Shown here piece by piece: positions 50,201-64,000 of a stretch of 64,000 nucleotides of DNA. The notes under the pieces were generated by a model. It did no database searches. It was not told where the DNA came from and saw only the letters and a program-made list of their open reading frames with translations. This DNA is from Bugula neritina (Eukaryota > Animalia > Bryozoa), in NCBI GenBank assembly GCA_964035545.1, contig OZ037765.1:18538995-18602994 (forward strand), in the 5' to 3' direction. Both the position numbers and the translations under genes were made by a program. Within the stretch, counting starts at the first letter, position 1; each line of letters begins with the position of its first letter.

Positions 50201-52523
50201 AAAACACTTTCAACTAGTATTATTAATTCTTCTTATTATTTTACTTCTTTACTAAGGGAAAAAATTCTGTAATTGCTTTTTGATAAAAACATTATTTAAA
50301 AGAATCTTTAATCCCTAATTTACAAAAAAATACAAATGTTTAAGAGAGTAGACCCACTACATAACATTTATCAACTGTATGCTTTACATTGCTACCAATG
50401 TGAATGAACAGACACCATCTATTATAATCAGTAAGATAAGATAATTGCTATTTTCAGTTTTTAGTACTGAAATTATTGCTGGTATCACTAAAGAAACAGT
50501 TATTGAGAACTTTAACATTCTATTTTATTCAAAGCCTCTTCCATGCAAATATAACAAAATTAAGTAAGCTTAATTAAATAATAAGGAAAATGTCTTCCCT
50601 TTGTAGTTTGAGGTTTGTTGATATTACATTCTTTCGATCGTCCTATTGACTTAGATATTTCATCAAGCTAAACCCTATATACACTATACAGGTTACTTTG
50701 GTTACTATAATTATAAGATCAGCAACAGAGACCAAGTGTATTGGAAATAGAGGTCTTAGCTAGTATATTTGGAGAAAATTCAAAAGCACAATTCTATCTA
50801 TCAATTTTCAAAATTGGTATACTTACTACTTCGATTGCAGTTTTACTATAGATCTCAACAGTGTTTGTAAAGTTGGATTATGACAACATGATTTTTGATA
50901 TTACAAAATCACAATTTCTAGATGGCTACTGGTAGTACTGCTGGTGAACTCATGCGGATAAAGCAATAACGTAAGAGCTAATAGACCCATCTATTTCTAT
51001 AGACAAAGCTTTCATAAGTAAATGCCAAACCTAGCTTCGTACAAAGGTTGGAACCTGCTAAAATTTGCTTATGTTATGCTAGGCACAAAAGTTTCACAAA
51101 GTTATAATGATAGAAAACAAAATAATAGTTTAAATCAAAAAAGATAGCAATCAGCAAAACAGAGTTGCAACTGGAATTGTCTACAAATAGAATAATCTAG
51201 CCAGTATCACTAGTATCACTAACCAACCAACTCAAGAATATCAGCAGTTCAAAATTCCAAAACCTAAATTAGTTACCTTCACCATTAATTTACCTTCAAA
51301 ACTGTCCTTGAGATTTAAAACAAACGGCCATTTCAATTCCTCTTTTATATTTCTTGGAATACTATTTGCAGTATAATCTTCTGCTATCAGAGCTTTGAGA
51401 TTTTTATACTGCGCAGGATCATTCCTAGAAACATATAAAGTCTCGTATTAAGAAGTCAATAAGCGCAGTTTAAATTCAGAAAAAAAACTTCCAACTTCAA
51501 CTATACTGGTTCAAAATGCATAAAGCTGAACATTACTTTTCAAGTGCCTTTATCCCAACAAGCAGTGGCTGCCGACAACTGAGCAGTAAGCGCTGCAAAC
51601 TCTGCTTCAACTCATCTTGCAGCAGACTAAAGAGGAAGGAATTATTTATCAATTCCTTTAACACACCTATGAAACAATAACATAGTTATATAGTGCTTGT
51701 AATTATTAGTATTGTATCCACTACTCGATAAGAAATAAAGTTTTCATGACATAATCATATTAGCTCAATGGAACAAAATGAAAAGTTACACAATATAATA
51801 GCAACAACATTCACTCTACACACATTACCTTCCACAACCTTGAGTCCGTATAAACCATCTAAATTAGATTCACTCGCAGATGATGAGTAAAAGCTAACTA
51901 TTTTTTCTAACGCATGTAATATGTCAGATATGTCATCTGCAAATAGAGCAAAATATACTATATATGATTATTTCATATCACATTGTACCCATTTTAGTAT
52001 TCTAAATGCATCTAAAATTAACACTCATTGGTTATGGCCTTAATGTTTGTTTTCTAAAACTTCATCAGAACAAAAAACAACTTGAAATAAAACTCACCAA
52101 CATGTTTCAAACTAAAATCAGCTAAAGTTATTCTAGTTCATTTTTCCTCACAGATTTGTAATAAATAATCAATGCATTGTAAGCAAATATGTAAGCAATT
52201 ACATATCAAAATTCTAAAGTAACATTTTTCAATATATGTAGCCTTTCATTTAAAATAGCTGTAGCAAAATACAGCAATACCGGATACAATTGAAAATGGT
52301 AGGTCTCATTTAGTACCAAACAAACCAACAATTTAAAAATGTGGTTAGACCGTTAGTGTATAGTTTCACCGGTTAGTAAAAGCTCAACAACATAAGCTAC
52401 CAGATGATTTCAAACACATGCATAAAAAGTTAGTAGCAAAGACAAAACCTTACTTGAAGTTGGGAAGCCTGCCAAACTAGATGATAAGAGTGCTAAGTAT
52501 AAAAAGCAGAGACCGATCCTCAT
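47210..52523 (-). CDS. UPF0764/C16orf89 homolog, 9 coding exons, with signal peptide and C-terminal hydrophobic segment
   Basis: Approximate exons: 52454-52523, 51829-51937, 51537-51666, 51294-51425, 49818-49985, 49184-49373, 48281-48382, 48098-48155, 47210-47511. Starts MRIGLCFLYLALLSSSLAG. Motifs ILHALEK..NLDGLYGLKVVEG, NDPAQY, FDEATSDVCI, YPLTHQLLF, DIFFEHLFVC..GF, QDDSGCY and DGCMFHLTAVAATAL parallel C16orf89 motifs as recalled (NLDGMVGVRVLE, SDPKY, FSEERSDVCL, YCLSHQLLF, DIFME, DGCSSHNTA). Confidence 0.85.
47551..47730 (-). mobile_element. tRNA-derived SINE (family S, copy 4, more diverged)
   Basis: tgaccttgtgtttactaagccagtgctctaccactagac and aagcaattatgactgaatgc match copy 3. Confidence 0.7.
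49545..49660. repeat. Short tandem repeat (ctatgaccttact...)
   Basis: 5-6 degenerate units, including a duplicated gaccttactagcataacctat. Confidence 0.6.
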
Positions 52524-55160
52524 AATCTTTTCCTCTGTGTGCTATCCTGTATGTCAAAAACTTAAATTAACACCAACACATGTCCAAAATAATTATGTCT
52601 TAATTATAGATTATTAATCAACAAAAAATAAGTTTACAGTTACACATAATGTGGTACATGATATAGGCATATAGCGTACAGGTACAAGACGTATTTACAA
52701 ATTCATATAATCTTGGAACACATAAAATCTATCAAAAGTCTTCATACATTCACCGCTTGAATGCTGCATATCAACAAGAAAAGTAGTAAAAATTGACTAA
52801 AATGACAATCTTCAAACAACAAGAGGATACTGTTGCAGTTATTATATTCTAAGAACTCCAAGTATCAAAGAAGTAGTAGTCACAACAGTAATAGTAGCAA
52901 ATTTTATTGAAGCCAGATTCAATAACGTTCTGACTGAAGTATTTGAAATTTTTAAACTAGACTTGTTAAAATTATTGATCCGATTTGTTAAACTTAAGAA
53001 CTTCGATAACTTACATGTAATTCAAAACTTGAAATGTTTTAATTTGAAGTTTACACTTTCATTTAAACTATTCATCATACCTCAATTTTGTAATGCTAAT
53101 TTATTAACTCAATAAAAACTACAAAAAAATATTTGAGTACTTAAATTCTATTATTCAAATTAGTTTTAATAATTAATATATGGTGTTTTTTATCACAGTA
53201 ATCATTTTCCAGACTTAATAATATTTCAAACTTGATGTTCACATTTTTTGAGGTGTGGAATACACATAGCCACTTATTAATCTATCAAATAAATGCAAAT
53301 ATTTAATTGGGCATAGCAGGTATTGATTTGCATCAAAAAATTTATAGTCAATTCATACGACATACACTTGTCGCTTTGTTTATTTTTTGCCCGAAAAACT
53401 GTTGACAAGTCATTAATTTTGACTTTTTTGTTGCAATTCAACTCAGGTTTGGAATTTATTTGCTTATTTGCAAAAAATAAATTACATAAAGCCTATAGGC
53501 CTATTATAAGCTTAGTAATGATTATTAGATGGTAAGGAATCATGAGAAGCAATTACTAAAAGCTGTTTACCCAGTATTCTTACACAAAGAACTAGCCAAC
53601 CTTTACTACTATATATAATGAAAAAACTAATGGTGATGCACGCAAAAGAAAATAAAAGAGCTAGGAAAAACAACTTACTAAATAGATCGAGACTCTATCC
53701 AAATCTTTAACATTACTTCAGTAATACTACTATACTTTTAATTTGGCACCAGAGCACTAAAATCTAAATAAAAACTCAATACAAAATGTAATCGTCATGA
53801 TGTGAGAAAATGTTTGAAAGCAATAGATTAGCAACAAACACCACATCAGACACTGACTGTTGAAAGTAGTTAACAGTTTTCATTTCAGACTACAAAACAT
53901 TTCTCATAACAGAAATATAAAAAGCTTCAATTTTTATAATTAATATTGTGATCATAGCTATTAAACCATAAGTGCATAACATTATTATTTTAAACATAAC
54001 ATTATAATAATTATTAGTAGTAGTGAAATATTCAGTTACTCTGAGTCAGTAATACTACTACTGCTGCTGCCACTACCACTACTACTATCAGTGTAGCTGT
54101 AAGTGTATTTATTACTATGTCTATTAGTACCATATTTACTTTTAGTTTTCGTTATTACACTTACTTTAAATCTTGTCCATTATGATAATCGTAATGATAA
54201 TCATAATATATATAATTATGACAAAAAGTGAGATTTAGATCGTAGCAAGAGCAAGGATAAGTGAGTTCAACTCCAACTTGCTCAACGTGAACGACACCTA
54301 TGGCCCATGGGCATAGCTCATAGGCTGTAGGCTAAAGCACAAAAATAGTAAAGACCATTATCATTATTATTTATGATCACTCAATGTCACATAATCATAA
54401 TGATAATCATAATGAATGCCAACACTCAAAATCAATCATCAAACTCAATTATCCCAAATCAATAAATAATCATTATTCATTAATTTTAAATTCAAAATTT
54501 ATGATTATGAAAATCAAAATCAAAATGACAACTGCTACAGATTTGAAATTTAAATTAATTACTAGACGGAGACCAAGGGCTAGTCAGTAGTGATAGTGAC
54601 TTAGTCACTTACAGTTACAGTCACTACTTACTCTTACGTCTTAGAGTAAGAGTTAGAATGAGAGTCGGTAAATATTGACTAGCACTAGCAGTACTAGTAC
54701 TACTACTGCTACTACTACTAGTACTACTACTAGTGAACTACTATTAGTATTACTCAGTACTAGTAGTAGTACTAGTAGTAGCTGTAGTGGTACTCAGCCA
54801 AACACTATGAGAGTATCAGTGTGACTATCACTATGACTTATTTATATTATGACTATGAGACATGAGTATCAGTATGACTAATACTAATACTAATAGTAAT
54901 ACTAATAGTTATAGTAATAGTATTACTATTACTATTAGTAATACTAATAATTATACTGATACAGTAATACAAATGCTAGCAGTAATAGGCAGTAGATATA
55001 GTATGACTATTATTAACTAAATTGTAAAACAGTATTACTATCAGTGTCAGTGTGAGTATACCGGTTTTAGTAAACTCAAACTGAAAATGCGACGAACGCA
55101 AAGGGCGAGTATTGCTAAATTAGTATTGCCGATAGTATAACCACTAGATTTGAATTATTT

Positions 55161-55297
55161 TATAAGGAGCTTCGAGTTTGAAGCAGTAGCTTAGAGTTCT
55201 GCAAGTGTGAGTTTGGGTTAAAATTTTGAACCCCGAACTTCAAACTCAAGAACCTAAGCTACTGCACTCAATTATTTCCAACTTGGGGCTGCTTATA
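55161..55297. mobile_element. Hairpin MITE (family A, copy 2)
   Basis: Termini tataaggagcttcgagtttg ... ctactgcactcaattatttccaacttggggctgcttata match the ends of 1104-1258. Confidence 0.7.
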
Positions 55298-56012
55298 GAT
55301 TTAATTTCATTAAACGTAGTATTCACGCATAATATTGTAGTAATGGACTTTTAACTTCATTAATAATCAGTAATCCTTTTCACTGTGCAGAGAGAGCACA
55401 ACTACTATGACTAAAGTAAAATTCCATTCACTTAGCTACAGTAATACCAAGTATGGTGTAGTCGTAGGTGTGGCCAAAGGGTTAAACGGCATATATCATT
55501 CTCTGGGTGTGACCTGTGAGATTATTATAAGCAGAATATTATTACACTACATTTTAATTAGCCTGCCACCCAATGACCGAGAAAGGAGAGAAATTATATT
55601 ACATTTTAATTATTATAAATAACATAATAACTATTTAAGAGAGTGTGTAAGAAATGAAGAAAGCGTGCATATAAATAGATATAGCTACCTACTCAAGGAA
55701 TTGTAACTAAATTTATGTTTTAATGGATAGAATAAAGTGTGCATAAGAAAAGAGGATATATTTAACGTTTGAAAAAAGGAGTATGTGCTTGGTGCACCAA
55801 AAAAAAGGTTGTCTACGAATGAATAAATTAAGAATGTGGCAGGGTGTGCTATTGGGATGGAATAATACATATTATATACATGAATGTATTTCAGTTCAGT
55901 GGGGTATGCTGGTTAGTGCTCAGCCCAGGATCATAGACTACAGGACATCACCGGAGAGCTCAGCCCGGAGGCCCCAATCCTATGTATAATATTTGCCCCC
56001 CCCCCCACCCAT

Positions 56013-56300
56013 GCACTGGGATTTGAAACTGAGACCTTTAAATTGAAAGCAGGCGTGCTAACCATTACACCACAGGGACTACTGGCTATCTCAATACTAC
56101 ACCCCACCCAGTTGTCTAGAACTTCTCTGGCCTCTCTACTAATTTTTCAGTCTTCAGGCCTCTCAACTCTCTCAGAGACTGATACTAATCTTCACTAAAT
56201 CTCAAAATAGCCATAACAATATTTGCTCCGCAGGGATTCGAACCCGAGACCTCCGACCACTACACCACAGGGGCCACTAGATTATTTCAACACCATGCCC
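56013..56300 (-). mobile_element. Two degenerate tRNA-like (Glu-TTC-like) heads; SINE remnants or tRNA pseudogenes
   Basis: Reverse strand tccctgtggtgtaatggttagcacgcctgctttcaa...gtttcaaatcccag (56013-56080) and ccctgtggtgtagtggtcggaggtctcgggttcgaatccctgc (56225-56275). A/B boxes present, cloverleaf broken, and the adjacent flank is shared. Confidence 0.55.
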
Positions 56301-56923
56301 TACAAATTAGGATGGTGAAGCTCTCACCTTGCTGTGGAGGTTATTTTTCTCTAAGTTTGGGTAGAGGCTTGCTTGCACATGTATACAACTTTAGAATACA
56401 CCTGCTCTAGATATATCTAACAAATTACAAGTATAATGGTACAATATTCTAAGTATGGCTGATGGAATTACTTTAGGAATCTTTTATTAGAGATTTTATA
56501 AAAAACGATATAATAATTTTAAAATGCATATGAACTACATAATAAAAATAATTATAGCAGTCAAAATTTTTTATAATATATTACAAAAATGAATAAAGCA
56601 AAGCTTGGAATGGTAAAAACAGGAATGTGCAAGCTTGGAATGTAGAAATGGGAAAATAAGTTTGTAATGTAAATAAAAGATGTTTTGACGTAAAACAACA
56701 TGCATTAATGATAACGTAGCTTGCCTTGCACCACATAGTAAATGTAAAACCTGATCTAATTTTAAGTTCATCAAAATTTTAAATGTGTTTGCACGGTCTC
56801 TAATACCAAGAGCTATTGTATTGTTTCAATATCAGAACAATATAACTTCATGCTATTTTGATTGCTACAACAGCCAAGTGCCTATATTTACAGAGTTTCA
56901 TCACAAAATAATGTGCAAAGTTT

Positions 56924-59900
56924 TCATTTAATGGAGTCCAGAATGTGGAGAGAGAACCTTGTACTCTGATTGTAAATAAGCACAGCAAGTACAGTAAATA
57001 CTGTGAGAGCAAAATTTGGAGTTGTCCACGAAGCAGAGGCGTAATGAGGACAGTATGGACACTGGTAGGATCCACACACCAAACAAACTGTAAGCTTTCG
57101 AAACTCAATCTTTTGATAAAGTGAGTAGTTGAAGTTTCCTGCAAATAAACAGACCAGTAAAATTACAAACACATTTACAGGCTGTAGCTGTAGTTCTATG
57201 ATTGTTACATATTAACAAAATTGCTAGTAACATCATATTAATTTGTAGAACTGAAGTTACACCAATATTATTTATATTATAGTATCATAGTTTAAAAATG
57301 ATTTTAAAGCTTGAGAGAGAAACAGAGAAAATACTAACCAGGTTCATAATACTCAAATACTCTAATCATATGCTGCTCGGAAATATTTGCCACAGGATAC
57401 CATCTCTCGGCACTGAATTTGGCACAGTTCACATCATTAGACATATCCAACTAAAACACAGTTACTAGTTGTAGGTATTCTGTTTCCCTAATCATTAGAC
57501 AGCTTGAAACTTACTGAATCTAAGATTTTACATTGAGGAAGTATGTAAATTCTGCCATCATACAGAAAGACAAACAACCAAAAAGGTACCATTTAACTTA
57601 GCATGATATACTCACACTACACTTTTGCCATCTTATATAGTGAATATAATTTTTCTGATGCGATATAAATTCAAAAATTTTTAAGCTTTTTAATTGTATA
57701 ACAGTGCTAGTAAGAGAAAATATTTAACAAAATAAGTACATGACATTATGGTCGACATAGAATAATCTTCAACTGTTGAAATTTCATGACAGAATATTTA
57801 ACAGGCGAAATGTTGCGTGACAAGAATTTAGGCTATTGATAAAGTACAGCATAAAGTAAATTTATAGTGCACCTACAGATCACAAATGGCTTTCAATTTC
57901 TGCACAAAAAGTGATTTACAGTATATCTGGTGACCAAAGATGGTATCACTTACATGGTTGAAATAGAAAACAGCTTTGCCATTGTAGAACTCTGCATTTC
58001 TGAGACTGGAGTTTAGAGTTTTCTGCTCTTTGACATATGCCTGTAGGGTGGAGTTATGCACCACATAACCACTCGGAATACCAATCTCCAACACTGACAT
58101 TCCACTTCTATCAGCGCCAGTGTAACTATTGAATGAGAAAATAACTTCAAGTTGGTGAAGCAGATAACCGAAACCTTTAACTTCAAGTGTGAAGAATAAG
58201 TTGTATGAGAGCAAAATGCCGTATGTTGAAAATTAAATATAAAAAATTGCCATTTGAAAGAAACGAAATAAAAGCAATCCAATGCAATAATTTCTAAGCA
58301 ATTCAGTTTATAAAGCAGCCAAAACATTACATTTAGAATTTTGGTAAGTGAACACAACTTCACTAATAAGCTGTAGATCTCTCACCTTGGACATATATTG
58401 TAATCAACATAGGAAGTGTTGAACCCACGACCTCTAATATTCTGAGCAAAGTCGCCAAGCAGAAAGATGTTCTCAACGAAAGGTTTTCTTAGCTGGAAAA
58501 GATGTTCGTGATTCTGCGTGGTCTTCATCTGCACCAGGGCTACGCCGTGTCCTTTAACGTTGATTTGAACAGAACCCCAGTGAGTGGGCAACTAAATTGT
58601 ATAAATAAACAAACATGAGTCGAAAGTTCACAGGCACAATATTAAATACACAAAATATTTCAGCATATTTCTATGGTTTCAAGATTTACTTTCTGTTTTT
58701 AGTTATCATAAGATTACCTCAACAATTTGCTGGTCAAACCAGTTACTCTGATCAATAGTGAAGGACTGAGTCCAGGAAGCAGCTTGGTCTGATCTAAATG
58801 TGAAGGTCATCTCATAGGTAGGTCTGTCTTGATTTTTCTCAGCCAGAATCTTGAGAGCTTGCATCGCCACCAGAGTATCCTACATCACAGAAATGCAGAT
58901 TTGTCGTACAACAATAAACTAAAATCTTAATTTAATTCAGAAACTAAATAAGCATGAAAAAGTTAAACAAAAAAAATCTTGGAACAACTTTACACAAACG
59001 AAACGATACGCTGTACAGAAATCAGCTCCACTATACAGAGCTGAAACTTGTAACAACGAGTTTAAAAGTTTAAAAATGAGATGATTTACATACCTGAGTT
59101 GAAGAAAATCCACCGATCCACATATGCTGCTCTTGTAAGAACTTTTGTATAGGTTTGAGAACGGCGTCAGCATCAGATGTGTTGTCCATGTGACTGAGAA
59201 GGGCATAACTTGTGGCAGCAACAGCATAGGACGTGACGTTGGAGTACTGTTTAGTCTGGAGTCGAACAACAGTGTCTTGTCCAGTAGAGCCTTCGACAAT
59301 AGGTTCTATTGGCTGAGTGGACCAGTACATCATGCCCTTTTCTGTAATAAAATTTATGTCATACAACAGTGCTTACCACTTGAACATCTAGACCAAAAGT
59401 AACAACATACAACATTCCAAGTGCTTTGTAAATGGGATGTTTACACACGACAATGCTTTAGGCTTTTTCGAATTACAAAACATGGCATATAACAATTGGT
59501 AAGTGGGCAGTATACTATGAAAACTGAGGGACTAATTCTTGTTGAGATTGGCTAACAAACAGGGCAGACTTCAAAAAATGTATTTACTGAAAGTAGTATT
59601 TACCACTTCGAGACATTCCATCGAGTTTTCTGAGCGTTTCCGAGGTTCTAGAAGTTCTACCGGTTTTGTATAAAGCATGGAGAGTGATCGCCAGCTCAAA
59701 CGGGTCGTTGAGCTCTCTAACATGGTTCTCCAAAAATAAAGCCCCACTTTGATAGGCTTCACTGGCTTTTTCCGAAGCATCCTGTAAACAGGACCAAAAC
59801 ACATAGAATGCTGTGTATGATTTGCTAGTAAATCAGTACTCTGCTCTGCATAGCTAGAATTTAATGTCACATCCAGTGAAAATGATAAGAACTTTCAACA

Positions 59901-62900
59901 TTTAATTAAAACTTGGAAAAACTTCTCACACAAGAGATTCAAATTTTTGTGGTTTTTGAGTTATCTCCTCAAGTTTGGAGCATACTAGTGCAGAAAGATT
60001 AGTTGACGTAATAAAAATCAACTACTTTAGTAGAGTTTATACAACAAATATCAAGATATATGCAGAAGCATTTGCATCAAGTTTACATTAATTTTTGTTC
60101 ACAAACAAATTGATGAAAGTTTACTACAAATAATATTCCTTTGCATAGAATCCAATTTACCCTCCCCCTCCTAGACACACGAGGATGTTGCCATTTGCAA
60201 TAAGACAGGAAGCATAGGGACATATGTACTTTGAACAAGATTAGGAAGCCCAAGTCTAGCAAAATACCAACTGAAAAATCCATCGAAACACACGAGTTAC
60301 ATTTAAGCTCCGGATGGATCTAATTTGAAACAGTGTATGATTATTTTAAGAATTAGTAAGCATTGGGAATTCCCAGAGGAGGCGGGAGGTTGACTAACCC
60401 ACCTTGCTGAGCTCGGGAGCTTTGGCTAAGGCCACAACACAGGCGGCAGTGAGAGCCATGTTGGCAGAGGTTGTCACTGGGTCTCCTGAAGCATCTGTGT
60501 ATGTCGTGTCAATGGTACTCTACAAAACACGGTTATCGCATTTATTAGCAGAAATAATATAGAAAACACAATTATTATATGTTCTGCAGCTAAGACTTCT
60601 TAAGGGAGTTGAAGAGATAATCTATAATTGCATAAATGAATTTCTACAACTTTGGTATTAAATATTCTTATAAGTTATTGAAATATTCACATATAAATTT
60701 GTTACTATTCTAATTTCATTAATATCTACAGTGCCTTGAAGCAACTAGAAGTACGCTCTAAAAGAAGATGTGCAGGTTCGCCGTATATAATTTGAAGCAA
60801 AAGTTAAGCATTTACTAAAGGCTCGATTATTATCAAGTTTTAAATTGCAGTTAAATGAGAGAACTCATTGAAAATTTTTTATAATTTTGTTTGTACATCC
60901 TGAATGTGTTTTTGCCGCCCAAGTGTGGAAATAGGAGACTACCTGAAACCTCTTGTTGTACACGCTGCTGACTTCAGTGAAGTGACCAGTTATGTTATTC
61001 TGTCTCTCCGACAGCCATATGGCTGTCTGACTGAGGGCTGCTGCCGGCACCTGGAAGCTCTGGAAAAGATCAGAAGTTCTGTCTCTCCCCTCTGACAGGA
61101 CATCCAAAGCCATTGCTGTCAGCCTACATACAGTATACAGTTAACCTACACACAGTATACACTATACAGTTAACCTACATATAAACTATACAGTTAACCT
61201 ACATACAGTATACAGTTAACCTACATACAGTATACAGTTAACCTACACACAGTATACACTATACAGTTAACCTACATATAAATTATACAGTTAACCTACA
61301 TACAGTATACAGTTAACTTACATACAGTATACAGTTAACCTACATACAGTATACAGTTAACCTACATACAATATGCCTAAACAGCTTCAACACCCGTTCA
61401 ACACTCTCAGGGAATGAGTAACATGAAAGTACCCAAGATTAGTAATGTCATGGAAATATTCATTTAACACCCCTAAAACACTTTCTCTTTATCAAGAACA
61501 TGTATAGATTGTACTGATAGTACAATCGTAAAGTAATAATAAATGAAATAGTGTTTACATCAATAAGTAGTGTTTCAAAGGATAACAAGTAAAAGAATAA
61601 AAAGTGATGTTAATTGCCGACTTTCATTTATATTCTTCTAGATTTTTACAAAAAGAAAAAAAACTGCATGGAATTGTGTTACAAAAGGGAAGTTGTCTGA
61701 TTTTTCTTGTTATATAAACTGGCTAGATGAATGACGTTACAAGTTAGTCAGCCGAATCTGTAGTCTAACAGACATATAATTATCAGTGTGTTATGGGAGT
61801 TTGTACTCTAGAACAAGTAAACTATGAATGTACATGGGTAATGCCTAGCCCAACAAACCATAAAGGGAGGGAGGGGGGACTGCAGTATTATACTTACCAT
61901 GTGCTGGATTCATCACTCCACCGGAACTCTTTGAAAGAGCCATCTTCTTGCATGTAAAACATCATTTCCTGCATGGCTACAACCAATTAAAACCCTTGTT
62001 GATTCAACCAATCAAAACCATTGTTGATTGACAAATTACAACTCTTATACCAACATAATCGGTTCGCTACTTGGTTACCTTAAATGAGCAGAGCATCGGA
62101 TAAATACATCTATAGTGGGGAGTTATCTGCTATCAACTCAACAGTTGACAGCCAATGACAAGTGTTCACTCCAAACACGCACACACACACGTCTATGGCT
62201 CTGACATAAATGTTAAAGACAACCCAGGCATCATCGGTCTTACAGCGTGTTCAAGTAAAAAATCAATCACAAACACCTGATATGAATGTCATTTTTTTCA
62301 AGTAAAGAACCAATAACAAGCATATGTGTATGTACACACGGGGAAACCTGGATCACCTCACCTATATTGAGTGTGTACAAAGCCTTGTCCAGTTTACTGT
62401 TAGAGACGCTGGAGGAAAGAGCTCTCAGCATCTTCAGTGTGTACAGGTTGACAGCAAAGTTGAAGACTGCCTCCGACCCGCTGCCATATGGAAGTCGGAG
62501 CAGGTTCTCGCTGCTGAGGTCATAGTGCGCGTATGGAAAGAAAGAGATGCCCACGATATCACCTGAAGCAAACAGTTACCAGTCATGGGCCCAAACTCCA
62601 ACACAAGTTTCTATTGCAAGCAGATGAAAATAATTCCTAAATGTAGAAAAGTTTTATTATAAGAACTATTACTAATTCAGATGTTATTCTAGTGTGTAGC
62701 TGTGACTTATAACAGCTACGTGAAGTTTTAGTGTAGTGTACATTTGCAACCTCTATTGGGGATAAAAACAGCCAGCAAGACGAGGATGTTACTATTATAT
62801 CTCAAAAGTCTTTTAAAACAGTTGAAAAAATACAACATCCAAAATGTTATATAATCACATCAACAAGTAGGAATGCACATCAACACTTGTACACACAGGT

Positions 62901-64000
62901 GCTGATAACTAACCAATAACATATATGGTAGTCTTGGGTGATCCAGGTATATAATTTTGAAGTCGCTTTTCAGGATCTACAATGGCTTCTTTTACCGGGA
63001 CATAGAAATCTGGAAGTCTCTCAGAGTTTGCTATGGTGAGATCCACCTGTCTGCTGGTTATGTAGTGTTCCTGTACACCAGAGTGCTGCAGCATACATAC
63101 AATAATATAGACATAATATGTAAGGCAGCGTTATGAAACAGTTCTCTATAGCCTCAGCAGCATTCATCAACTGCAATTCACGTCCTTGAACTAAAGCAAG
63201 TTCAAGTGAACTCAACTTTACTATCAATAGTTATAAACTTGTGTTGAAAAGAAGTATTTCTTCATTAGAGTTCAGGTGTCACTTCAAACTAGCATTAAGG
63301 AAACAATGTTTGACACATGTATGTGTAAGTGTGTGACACATGTAGGTGTATGACACATGTAGGTGTATGACACGTGTAGGTGTACAGCACATGTAAGTGT
63401 ATGACACATGTAGGTGTATGACACATGTAGGTGTATGACACATGTAGGTGTACAGCACATGTAGGTGTATGCGTATGACAGGGACTAAAGAACTTACATC
63501 GATAAATACGTGATGGTTCACCGTGTGACCGCCAACGACACACGAAGCAGTTACAGGTACAACGAGATGCCCGAACCTCCTGGCCCTGATTGGAATGAAG
63601 ACTTGTCTGTTGCTCCCAGGGAAGACAGGCACGAGCAGCTACAGATGAGAATAAACCATGCAAACAACTGCAAATAAGGAATAAACAGAATGGAAGCCCA
63701 AATGATGCTATTCGTGTGGATTTTACAACATACAGGTTACGCACTCACTCATCATAGCATCACATAGATGACTGCTGTGTCAAATGGAGTAATTACAAAT
63801 ATAACTAGGATAAAATGAATTAGGATGAACTGTGGTAATGGACTACTTGAAGCTAAGATAAATTAATAGGAAGTCAACTTATTTTTCAATACAAAAAGAC
63901 AAGAATGAGCTAACCTGGTGAGCTCCATCCACCGGGGTGACTGGGTTCTCACTGGCAGAGTCTAGATTCAGGTCCACAAACTGATAGTCGTCAGAGGCGG
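56924..64000 (-). CDS. Mcr/CD109-like thioester-family protein, paralog 2 (3' 14 exons; 5' part outside window)
   Basis: Approximate exons: >64000-63915, 63498-63638, 62934-63090, 62362-62562, 61898-61976, 60943-61123, 60403-60519, 59604-59781, 59094-59340, 58717-58879, 58386-58592, 57953-58127, 57340-57450, 56924-57139. Motifs [89 protein letters not shown]. Intron positions match paralog 1. Confidence 0.92.
61123..61372. repeat. 22-bp minisatellite with higher-order structure abutting a splice acceptor
   Basis: Units cctacatacagtatacagttaa with 29- and 24-bp variants in the order 22,29,24,22,22,29,24,22,22,22 plus a partial unit. Confidence 0.9.
63311..63480. repeat. 17-bp minisatellite (gacacatgtaggtgtat)
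   Basis: About 9-10 tandem units in a paralog 2 intron. Confidence 0.9.

Noticed and set aside
61123-61372. CRISPR-like appearance of regular repeats (also 63311-63480 and 26340-26480)
   Set aside because: No unique spacers, eukaryotic context, no cas genes; these are minisatellites.

Overview
AT-rich, intron-rich animal genomic DNA, probably a protostome invertebrate; the species cannot be established from sequence alone. The window contains, in order: a cluster of non-autonomous DNA transposons and a SINE (1-4.7 kb); a decayed full-length Ty1/copia LTR retrotransposon (6205-10646); a 4-exon centromeric histone CENP-A gene (+, 11264-13110); a 13-exon CLINT1/epsinR gene (-, 13552-22785) with a tRNA-Ser(AGA) gene head-to-head just upstream; a complete ~29-exon Mcr/CD109-like thioester-family gene (+, 28266-46925); a C16orf89/UPF0764 homolog (-, 47210-52523); and the 3' half of a second Mcr-like paralog (-, 56924 to beyond 64000). 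The most unusual signal is four 1-2 kb non-coding tracts of drifting 3/6-bp periodic DNA, each lying just downstream of a known or inferred promoter; two of them have the same hairpin MITE family on their upstream side. Other notable points are a shared GSG[AS]EA replacement of the thioester motif in both TEP paralogs, and a minisatellite that reiterates a 3' splice site about 11 times. Exon boundaries were read by eye (GT-AG plus frame continuity) and may be off by 1-3 nt.
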